From NCBI GenBank assembly GCA_029564595.1, contig JAKQPS010000051.1, forward strand, positions 23,348-87,347: a stretch of DNA of 64,000 nt, in the 5' to 3' direction. Positions 1 to 6,934 of the stretch are shown piece by piece; the stretch's first letter is position 1; every line of letters begins with the position of its first letter. Source of the DNA: a bacterium (GTDB lineage: Bacteria > UBP15 > UBA6099). The position numbers and the translations under genes are program-made. The notes below the pieces were generated by a model that saw only the letters and a list, made by a program, of their open reading frames with translations, did no database searches and had not been told where the DNA came from.

Positions 1-363
1 CTCGCGTGGACGGGCGTTCCTCTGGAGCCAGTGCTGCGCAGCGCCCGCAGACTCGGAGAAACCCGCAAGCGCGTGTGGGTCCGCACCCCCGTTATCCCCG
101 GCGCCACAGACTCGCCCGAAAATATCGCCGCTGTCGCCCGCTTCATCGCCGACAACCTTCCCGGCTGCGACCGCTACGACATATTGCCATTCAGCAATTT
201 GTGCGCGTCAAAATACGAAAGGCTGGGCATGGAGTTCAGGTTCAAGGAAACCCCGCTCGTGCCGATGGAACGGATGGAAGAGTTAAAAGCCGCCGCCGAA
301 CGCGCCGGCGCCCCCAACGTCGTAATCCAAGGTCTCACCACAAGAAAATCCCAACCGGAATAA
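1..363 (+). CDS. glycyl-radical enzyme activating protein (radical SAM), C-terminal fragment; 5' end is outside the window
   Basis: Frame 1 is open from base 1 to TAA 361-363. The tail VWVRTPVIPGATDSPENIAAVARFI...YDILPFSNLCASKYERLG parallels the C-terminal half of the complete activase at 28886-29803 (LPRIPLIPGATDTDENLAASAAFL...LLSYNPTWTDKMRMLG). Confidence 0.75.
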   Translation, partial: LAWTGVPLEPVLRSARRLGETRKRVWVRTPVIPGATDSPENIAAVARFIADNLPGCDRYDILPFSNLCASKYERLGMEFRFKETPLVPMERMEELKAAAERAGAPNVVIQGLTTRKSQPE

Positions 364-426
364 AAACAGTTTTTTAGACGAAATTGTTGAATTGTATAAA
401 TGCAAAAACAAAGAGAAGAAGATAGT

Positions 427-461
427 ATTTGCGGGAAAACCATTTTTATGCAAAAAACAGG
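427..461. repeat. 35-bp repeat copy 1 (atttgcgggaaaaccatttttatgcaaaaaacagg); 33/35 identical to 6169-6203, same orientation
   Basis: Direct string comparison of the two sites. Copy 1 lacks the 3' arm that makes copy 2 a long hairpin. Confidence 0.85.
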
Positions 462-464
462 AAA

Positions 465-1592
465 TTATAGATAGAAATAAAGCTGATCCAAGATAAGAAT
501 CATTTGAAGAGCTCTAATTTTCGTGTAATCATCGGGTTTTGCTACGCCATGAGATGAGCTATGTCTCGATAATGCAACATTGTTTTTTTCCAAGTCAAAC
601 TGTGAAAATATTACGTTGTTCAGATAATTAAAAAAACTATTCGTGAATAACAAAGAATCTTTATGTCCAAACTTGGCATCACACTTATTCACAAGATAAT
701 TCAATAAGTCTTTTATTTTAATCCTTCCTTTATTTGTTTCTTGGTAATAATTCAAGCGCAATATACCTTCAACCTCAGTAATTATGTTTTTAATGCAACT
801 TATATATCCTTCTTTATTCAATAAAAGATAAGAATTTATGCCTGCTTTGATTATAGATTGTTTATTAAAATAATATTCGTTATTCCACCATTTATCTGTG
901 ATACTTTCAATACGTTCTTTATCAAAGCGAGAAACTATATTGTCTATTCGTTCTTCAAATCCGATTTTGTCTTTGTAAATGCCCATCAAATCTTTGAATT
1001 CTGTATTCATTATTTCGACAAATGGGAACCAACCATCATTTTGCATTTCTTCGAGCATATTTTGCGAATCAAGCAATTTGTATAGGTGACAATACAAGAG
1101 CTTTCTTTCTAGTTTGCCAATATCTAAATAGGCTTTATCTAAATCCATCAAGCCGTCCCCAGCAAGATCAAAAAACAATCCGAATTTCCATCCGACTTTG
1201 AAGCAGTATACCATCTTGTCTGTTTCTAATATCTCAATTTCAGGAAATCTAATTCTTCTAATATCAAGGATATCGTTCTTTTGTATAAGTTGTCCCTTTT
1301 CAACATTGCATTTTGGACATATTTCCATTTCTGTTTTAAATTCATTCAAGTAAATATCGGCTGAAAAATCTTTATGAATCAGTATCAAAAAACGATTAAT
1401 AGTGTCTATAATGATGTTGTTTGCAGTCAAAAATATATCAGAAAGCTGATCAGTGTAGTTGTAGAATTCTTGTTCGTCTGAAGTGAATGTTGCTCTAGTT
1501 AGGACTTTGCAGATGCCTTCATTTATTTTTGTTTCAGTAGCAAAACCCATGATACTTCCAGAGTTATCTAAATGGTCAACATGGATATGCAT
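465..1592 (-). CDS. hypothetical protein with C-terminal HEPN-like domain (Rx4H motif); candidate RNase/abortive-infection-type effector; horizontally acquired
   Basis: 375-aa ORF with AAGGAG 7 nt upstream of ATG 1592. The DNA is visibly AT-rich against GC-rich flanks. The C-terminus reads ...NNVALSRHSSSHGVAKPDDYTKIRALQMILILDQLYFYL, giving R343-x4-H348-G (codons 564-566 and 549-551). The N-terminal ~230 aa has no motif I recognise. Confidence 0.55.
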   Translation of the reverse strand: MHIHVDHLDNSGSIMGFATETKINEGICKVLTRATFTSDEQEFYNYTDQLSDIFLTANNIIIDTINRFLILIHKDFSADIYLNEFKTEMEICPKCNVEKGQLIQKNDILDIRRIRFPEIEILETDKMVYCFKVGWKFGLFFDLAGDGLMDLDKAYLDIGKLERKLLYCHLYKLLDSQNMLEEMQNDGWFPFVEIMNTEFKDLMGIYKDKIGFEERIDNIVSRFDKERIESITDKWWNNEYYFNKQSIIKAGINSYLLLNKEGYISCIKNIITEVEGILRLNYYQETNKGRIKIKDLLNYLVNKCDAKFGHKDSLLFTNSFFNYLNNVIFSQFDLEKNNVALSRHSSSHGVAKPDDYTKIRALQMILILDQLYFYL

Positions 1593-1644
1593 TATTATCT
1601 CCTTTATTACACTTCAAAGAATTCATAAAATGAACAGAACATAA

Positions 1645-1674
1645 ATAATATATTTATCGTAAATATTTAGTCAA
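1645..1674 (-). promoter_or_regulatory. sigma70-like promoter candidate for the HEPN-like gene (TTGACT-18 nt-TATTAT)
   Basis: On the minus strand, TTGACT lies at 1674-1669 and TATTAT at 1650-1645, about 50 nt upstream of ATG 1592. Confidence 0.35.
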
Positions 1675-1728
1675 GATAGATACGATGTCATGACGAGAAA
1701 ATAAGGGAAATAGGGAAAATAGAAAATA

Positions 1729-1812
1729 CAGTCACCTATTTATGGTGTTGTATTTTCGGCGAAAAGCGGGTACAGGCATCGCTGGGATGCGCGCTGCCAG
1801 TCCCCGTTTTTC
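1729..1812. repeat. 84-bp non-coding repeat, copy A (26-nt and 53-nt blocks identical to copy B at 4229-4317)
   Basis: cagtcacctatttatggtgttgtatt + ttcgg + cgaaaagcgggtacaggcatcgctgggatgcgcgctgccagtccccgtttttc. It lies 137 bp upstream of the minus-strand ATG at 1592. Confidence 0.9.
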
Positions 1813-1833
1813 GAAGGATAAAGCGCAAAACTT

Positions 1834-2274
1834 ATGCCTGACAAAAAAACAAACTCCTTAAAAATATGCATAGCGATGTTCGCTGGTTTTTTCTTTGTTG
1901 TCATTCTTGTCGTGGTTTCCGGTTTTATTTGCATGGGAGAAACGCGCAGATTTATAAGCGTCTCTGATGATATAGTCCGCTCAAACGAGAATGGTTTCCA
2001 GATGCGTGTGCGTTATGTCGCAGAGGATAATATCATGTTTAACGCTTGTTCCTTTGAAAGACCAGAATCATTTGCTGATGACGCAATAAAGACAGTCAAG
2101 GCAAATATCAATAAACAGGTTGACGCGGCAGTCGCAAAGGAGCTAACAGAAGATGATGAGGAAAAGCTCAAACATGATATTGTTAATATAGTGGAGGCGG
2201 TGGTTTGCCAAAACGGATGCGACAAGGGGCCTCTAGTTGAAATCTATCAACTTGAAAACAGGCATGAGGAATAA
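1834..2274 (+). CDS. small N-terminally anchored membrane protein, function unknown
   Basis: 146-aa ORF with hydrophobic span FAGFFFVVILVVVSGFICM and an acidic C-terminal half. Lower GC than the backbone. Divergent from the HEPN-like gene. Confidence 0.6.
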   Translation: MPDKKTNSLKICIAMFAGFFFVVILVVVSGFICMGETRRFISVSDDIVRSNENGFQMRVRYVAEDNIMFNACSFERPESFADDAIKTVKANINKQVDAAVAKELTEDDEEKLKHDIVNIVEAVVCQNGCDKGPLVEIYQLENRHEE

Positions 2275-2319
2275 CCCTTATAGCTTTTTGAGTCGGGCCG
2301 GCAGGTTGTTTTTTTCGCT

Positions 2320-4011
2320 TTATTTCTCAGCGACGATTATCACGTGGATTATGCTCACAATATACATGTATGCAATCAGCCATATCAGGACGGTTTTTAT
2401 CGGAATCCACACGATGGGAAACCATCCGAGTGAATATATGTTCATGTAATCGCAATAAATGGGAATAAGAAATAGGACTGTGAGCGACGCGAGAATTAAG
2501 CCAAATATGAAATGCCGGGTGTAGAATTGTCCGGCGCACGGGAACAATAGTGAAATCAACAGCGAAGGAACCAGTTTTCGTGGAGCCGGTTGTGTCCGTG
2601 AGGAGCGGGTTGCCGCGCTGACAACATAGCCTCGCGTCTTCATATCGTCCCATAAAAACACCGAGTACGCCAGAACCGCCAGCAGGGCCATGAGGCATGC
2701 CGCGAACAGGCTGCGTCCTATCCCGCCAAGCCTCCTGTTGCTTTTCACTATCCCTGCCAGACGAGTCATTTCATCATTGATTTCGGTCTCAGGCGCCGCG
2801 ACGACTTCATCCGTGTCCGGGTTCCATATCCCCGCAAAGCACTCGTCGATGTCGGTGAAAGAAACCATCCCGTCAGGAGTCATTTTCATTTTGCGAGCGT
2901 CGATATGGCTTCCATCGGGCAAACTCAGGAACGCGGGTCTGATGAATTCGCCATTGAAATCGAACACACCCACATAGCCGTCCGGGGTTACGAAATCGTC
3001 CGCGTACGCCACATACAGCCTTTCGCGAAACGCATCCGCCACCATGCGCGTCGGCCACGATTTGACTTCCCAGTTTATCGGTCTCAGGGAAGAAGACATT
3101 TCACGAGGGGAAGCCGCCCATCCTCTCAGAGAAAAAGCGCGCGATGCCGGATTGGCGGCCCGTTCGTCGAGAGTCTGCGCGCGCAAATTGTTGGTCTCGG
3201 CTATCAGCGCGGAGCCGTCCGGCAACTGTTCCACCCCGTTCGGAAAATCGAACTCCCCATCATGCATGCCGCGTTTGCCTATGGTCTTAATCAAATCCCC
3301 TTCCGCGCTGAAAAGTTTCAGGTTGTGTTTCCCGGCGTCCGCCACCAGCACGTCTCCGTTCCTCAACGTCTTCAGAGTGAACGCGCCGCTTAACGAGTCT
3401 TCTCCGAAACCTGATATCCAATTGCCGTCTTCGTCGAACACCTCAATGCGGTTGCGGCCTGTGTTAGCCGCATAGATGTTTCCGTTCGCGCCGAATTCGA
3501 AATCCAGCATGCCGTTCAGAGTTCTTTCGCCCGCGCGTTCGGCCTTCCACAGCAGCGATCCGCTCGCGTCGTAGCGGGACAGCGATTTCATGGTTGACAG
3601 GTAAACTCCGTCATGCGTCGGCTGATATTGAATCGGTCGCTCAAGGAATGGCTTCTTCGAGTCGGCGGTGATGAAACATAATATGGAAACTACCATGACG
3701 ATAAAAACCGCGACAAGCGGCCCTTTGTGTCTTTCCTGCATTTCTTTGAAGACTTCGGAAAAAGGCAACTGCGGGGGGACGATATAAGGAGGTTGGGGAA
3801 CGGAGGAATCGGCGGTGGGCCTAGCGGCGTTCTGGCGCGCCACGCTTGATGAGTCCGCGATTTCCCCGCCGGATGATATCTGAGGCGCCGGTTTGCGGGG
3901 GGATTCATTTGAGGCTTGATACGTCGCGCGCGAGGCGTTTCTGCTGCCGCATCTGGGGCAAAACTTAGCGCCCTGCGCCTGTTCAGCGCCGCAATTATGG
4001 CAAAAGCTCAT
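2320..4011 (-). CDS. zinc-ribbon / TM / NHL-like beta-propeller / multi-TM membrane protein (paralog of 30492-33038)
   Basis: N-terminal CHNCG-x11-CPRCG, a Pro-rich linker, then TM LVAVFIVMVVSILCFITA. Propeller-type repeats follow (NGNIYAANTGRNRIEVFDEDG, GDVLVADAGKHNLKLFSAEG, DGSALIAETNNLRAQ). The C-terminus has several TM helices including PCAGQFY. Confidence 0.75.
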   Translation of the reverse strand: MSFCHNCGAEQAQGAKFCPRCGSRNASRATYQASNESPRKPAPQISSGGEIADSSSVARQNAARPTADSSVPQPPYIVPPQLPFSEVFKEMQERHKGPLVAVFIVMVVSILCFITADSKKPFLERPIQYQPTHDGVYLSTMKSLSRYDASGSLLWKAERAGERTLNGMLDFEFGANGNIYAANTGRNRIEVFDEDGNWISGFGEDSLSGAFTLKTLRNGDVLVADAGKHNLKLFSAEGDLIKTIGKRGMHDGEFDFPNGVEQLPDGSALIAETNNLRAQTLDERAANPASRAFSLRGWAASPREMSSSLRPINWEVKSWPTRMVADAFRERLYVAYADDFVTPDGYVGVFDFNGEFIRPAFLSLPDGSHIDARKMKMTPDGMVSFTDIDECFAGIWNPDTDEVVAAPETEINDEMTRLAGIVKSNRRLGGIGRSLFAACLMALLAVLAYSVFLWDDMKTRGYVVSAATRSSRTQPAPRKLVPSLLISLLFPCAGQFYTRHFIFGLILASLTVLFLIPIYCDYMNIYSLGWFPIVWIPIKTVLIWLIAYMYIVSIIHVIIVAEK

Positions 4012-4190
4012 CTATGCCGCTCCGTTTATGTTTGCTTATAGTCAAGTCAATGTTGATCGTTTTATTATACGCTATTTTTGCTGCTGAGCCAGAGTTTTTA
4101 TGATATTTGTCAAAATAGGAAATAAAGAAATAAAACAGGCGCATGATTATTTGCGTTGAGGGCGAAAAGCGGAAATAAAAATAGAAAAAT

Positions 4191-4240
4191 AGAAAAATAG
4201 GGACAGTCACCTATTAGAAAAATAGGGACAGTCACCTATT
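4191..4240. repeat. perfect tandem 25-mer x2 (agaaaaatagggacagtcacctatt), with a partial third unit upstream
   Basis: 4191-4215 equals 4216-4240. The second unit overlaps the start of repeat copy B. A degenerate version sits at ~1711-1740 next to copy A. Confidence 0.85.
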
Positions 4241-4317
4241 TATGGTGTTGTATTCCCGGGGTGGCGAAAAGCGGGTACAGGCATCGCTGGGATGCGCGCT
4301 GCCAGTCCCCGTTTTTC
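4229..4317. repeat. 89-bp non-coding repeat, copy B (see 1729-1812)
   Basis: The same 26-nt and 53-nt blocks as copy A, with a 10-nt rather than 5-nt joint. It lies 218 bp upstream of the minus-strand ATG at 4011, in the same orientation as copy A. Confidence 0.9.
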
Positions 4318-4339
4318 CCGTTTTTCGCGGCGAGGGCTG

Positions 4340-5959
4340 CTATGAGCGGCGGACGCCTAGCGTTTTTTTGCCGGCTTTGATAAGGTCGGTCACCGTCGGG
4401 TCCGTCGCTTTGGGTATGTAAGTGACTTTGCACAGGGCGATTATGGCGAGGACGACGAAAACGGCTCCCTGAACGAAAAGCCAACGGTATCCGAAAGCGG
4501 GGATGGATGCGGCGAGTGTTCTGTCGATGACGAATCCGGCGAGCACGCCGCTGATGAGTTGTCCGATGCCGGTGATGGTGGAGTAAAGGCCCATGTAGAG
4601 GCCCATTTTGTCTTCGTTCATGAGTGTGGGCAGGACGGTGGCGGTGATGATGAAGCAGATGGTGAGGCCGAGGGCGGTGAATCCGATGACGAGGAGCATG
4701 ATTTTGAGGACTTTGCCTGTCTCGGCGTCGATTTTCGGTCTGATGGCTTTGACTGCGGCGGCTGTGGAGGCGAGGGCCGGGTTGTCGTCGCCCATGACTG
4801 CTGCGATGGCTGTTTCGCATTTGTCGGGTTCGAGTTCTCCGTTTAGGCACCAGCGGAGGGCGTCTGATTTTTTGTCGTCGAGCATCTTGTCTTCATTGAT
4901 GTCGCGCGGAGGGCTGAGCAGTTCGGGCAGGAACAAAGAGAAGTCGGCTTGGGATACGTCGATGCCGTAGTTGTCTGCGGCGGCGCGGACGTCTTTTTCC
5001 GTTCCGAGGTTCAGCCCGGAGACTGAGGAGGTGGGGCCGACGACGAAGTATCCGGTGGTGAGGCCGACAGCGATAAGGATTAGGCCGGCCATGAGGATGG
5101 CTTTGCGGCTGACCTTGTCTCCGAGCATGCCGACCGGCACGGCGAGGATGACTGAAATGACGACTACGATGCCGAGCACGAGGCCGCCCTGAGTTCCGGG
5201 GATGTTGATGTAGTATTCGGTAAGTTTGGTGAAGAAGGAGATGAAAGCGCCGAGGGCCAGCCAGAAGAAGAAGTCCATGACGAGGAACCAAGTAAGTTCT
5301 TTAAGGGAAGGCATTTCGGCGATGATGTCTTTAGTGAAGTTCCAGCCGAGGCGCAGCTTGTTGCCCTTTTCGGGCGGAGGGGCGGGAAGCTCTTTTATCG
5401 ACACGACGGTGACTATCGTTCCGGCGAGGTGGACGACGGCCAGAATATAGAAAGAGAGAGGTTTGTTGACGGAGTAGACGACCATGAGAAGGACGGCGTA
5501 GGCGACCATAGTGCCGATGCCGCCGAACGCGCTGAAGAACGCATTGACAGTGCCGAGTTTCTCGTTGGGCGTGACTTCCGGCACGAGCGCGAAGTAGGGG
5601 ACGGCGGCGAACTGGATGAAGAAATAGATGAAGGTCATCAGTATGATGAGGACCCACACGGAGGGCATGTGGGGGATGAGCGCGATAAGGGGGGCGGAGA
5701 CGATGCCGCCGATGAGCATGAGGGGCCTGCGCTTGCCCCATTTGGCTTGAGTCAGATCGGAGTAGATACCGAAGAACAGAGACAGGCCGATCATGAGTTT
5801 GCCGATGCCGATGATGGCGCCTATCTGGGTGTTGGTCAGCCCGAATTTGGAGGTGAGCAGCAGTGGCATGGCCGCGCCGTCGAAACTCCAGAAGCAGACA
5901 AGTCCGAAGTTGATGACGTTGAGAAGAATCATCTGGGGGAGCGTGATTTGTTTCTTCAT
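4340..5959 (-). CDS. MFS transporter, GPH/MFS_2-like, with a ~110-aa hydrophilic insertion
   Basis: 539 aa with a multi-TM profile. Loop motif SDLTQAKWGKRRPLMLIGG resembles the GPH-family D-x..G-R-R-R-P loop. A hydrophilic block spans aa ~309-418. Confidence 0.75.
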   Translation of the reverse strand: MKKQITLPQMILLNVINFGLVCFWSFDGAAMPLLLTSKFGLTNTQIGAIIGIGKLMIGLSLFFGIYSDLTQAKWGKRRPLMLIGGIVSAPLIALIPHMPSVWVLIILMTFIYFFIQFAAVPYFALVPEVTPNEKLGTVNAFFSAFGGIGTMVAYAVLLMVVYSVNKPLSFYILAVVHLAGTIVTVVSIKELPAPPPEKGNKLRLGWNFTKDIIAEMPSLKELTWFLVMDFFFWLALGAFISFFTKLTEYYINIPGTQGGLVLGIVVVISVILAVPVGMLGDKVSRKAILMAGLILIAVGLTTGYFVVGPTSSVSGLNLGTEKDVRAAADNYGIDVSQADFSLFLPELLSPPRDINEDKMLDDKKSDALRWCLNGELEPDKCETAIAAVMGDDNPALASTAAAVKAIRPKIDAETGKVLKIMLLVIGFTALGLTICFIITATVLPTLMNEDKMGLYMGLYSTITGIGQLISGVLAGFVIDRTLAASIPAFGYRWLFVQGAVFVVLAIIALCKVTYIPKATDPTVTDLIKAGKKTLGVRRS

Positions 5960-6168
5960 AATAGTGAGCCGTCTCCGTTGATTTTAGAAGTTCCGATTCT
6001 GGCGGAACTGTCATTATTGAAAAACCGCGCCTTCTGTGCCGGATTGGCCGTTCGGGGCGCGATACGTAACAATAGCATACACGCGGAGTTTCGCACAAGA
6101 AAATAATAAGGTCGCGTGTGCTGATTACTGATTAAGGGTTAAACAGCCGCTTAAAAGATTTGTCCGGA

Positions 6169-6400
6169 ATTTGCGGGGAAACCATTTTTTTGCAAAAAAC
6201 AGGTTTCCCCGCGCCCCTTCCGAAAAAAACTCCCGGCGCGCCGGTTTTGCTGAACTGCGTTCAACGCAAAACCGGCGGTTTTTGCAAAACAGCGAAATGC
6301 GGGCAAAGGCAACAGCGAAAGAGGATAAAAGCGAAAAACGGCTTAAAAAGGTTTTCGCCTTCGGCGATTGGGAAAAAACCCTTTGAAAAGGGTTGTTTCC
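6169..6400. repeat. cluster of palindromic (REP-like) hairpin elements in a 545-bp divergent intergenic region; includes copy 2 of the 35-bp repeat
   Basis: Hairpin 6173-6212 has a perfect 10-bp outer stem (gcggggaaac/gtttccccgc) plus an inner T6/A6 stem. 6233-6244 is the palindrome ccggcgcgccgg. Hairpin 6241-6275 pairs ccggttttgc/gcaaaaccgg with an inner tgaac/gttca stem. Hairpin 6371-6400 has a 13-bp stem with one mismatch and loop tgaa. Confidence 0.8.
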
Positions 6401-6503
6401 CCAAACCCCTTTTCCAAAACTTTTCGGGTTTGTTCCGAACATTTCACAGGATACGGGCTGCGGATTTCTATCAAGCATCACAACAAACGGTTATAATAAA
6501 AAA

Positions 6504-6914
6504 ATGGCGCCATACAGGATTGTGGAACATACGGCGGATGCCGGGATACATGTGACGGGCGGGACGCTGGAGGAGTTGTTTGCGGACGCCGCGCGGGGGA
6601 TGATGAGCGTGATATGCGAGGTCCCGCCGGAAGGATGGCCGGAAACGCATGTTGTGGAGTTGTCCGCGCCGGATGCGGAATCGCTGATAGTGGACTGGCT
6701 GGCGGAGCTGCTGTATCTGCTTGAGGTGAAGAATTTTTTCACGACCGACCCGCGAGTGGAGAAAGTGGAGGGGGGAGCGATGAGGTCGGTGGTCGGCGGG
6801 GCGAGGCTGCGCGGCGTGGTTCACGCCACCGAAATCAAGGCTGTCACCCACCACATGATAAGCGTTGACCGCACGTTGAACGGTTTCGAGACCACGATAT
6901 ATTTCGATCTTTGA
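6504..6914 (+). CDS. archease (RtcB cofactor)
   Basis: MAPYRIVEHTADAGIHV... carries the archease EHTAD signature. Length and C-terminus (KAVTHHMISV...TIYFDL) fit. Its stop overlaps the rtcB ORF. I chose ATG 6504 over the longer 6393 ORF because the upstream part runs through the repeat cluster. Confidence 0.85.
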   Translation: MAPYRIVEHTADAGIHVTGGTLEELFADAARGMMSVICEVPPEGWPETHVVELSAPDAESLIVDWLAELLYLLEVKNFFTTDPRVEKVEGGAMRSVVGGARLRGVVHATEIKAVTHHMISVDRTLNGFETTIYFDL

Positions 6915-6934
6915 AGCGAGCCGAGGAGGCGGGC

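Noticed and set aside
1740-1934. 64-aa ORF sharing the peptide NGDWQRASQRCLYPLFA with ORF 4236-4850
   Set aside because: The shared peptide is simply the translated 53-nt DNA repeat. The second ORF is otherwise antisense to the MFS gene, so I treat this as a non-coding repeat.
4191-4240. Possible miniature CRISPR array
   Set aside because: There are only two directly abutting 25-bp units with no spacers, and no cas genes in the window.
427-6212. Prophage, ICE or transposon interpretation of the accessory segment
   Set aside because: There is no integrase, transposase, recombinase, tRNA target or phage structural gene. Only the flanking 35-bp repeats and atypical composition support mobility, so I report it as a possible island, not a mobile element.
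6241-6283. Hairpin plus T-run as a genuine Rho-independent terminator
   Set aside because: No gene on either strand ends near it, since both neighbours start there. I interpret it as part of the REP-like block unless an unannotated RNA is found.
6125-6555. Several 70-131-aa ORFs (for example 6160-6555+, 6125-6481-) in the MFS/archease spacer, and the long form of the archease ORF from 6393
   Set aside because: They run through the palindromic hairpin block. Their peptides (FAKNRFPRAP..., KGVWGNNPFQ...) are translations of repeats and have no RBS. Archease homology begins only at ATG 6504.
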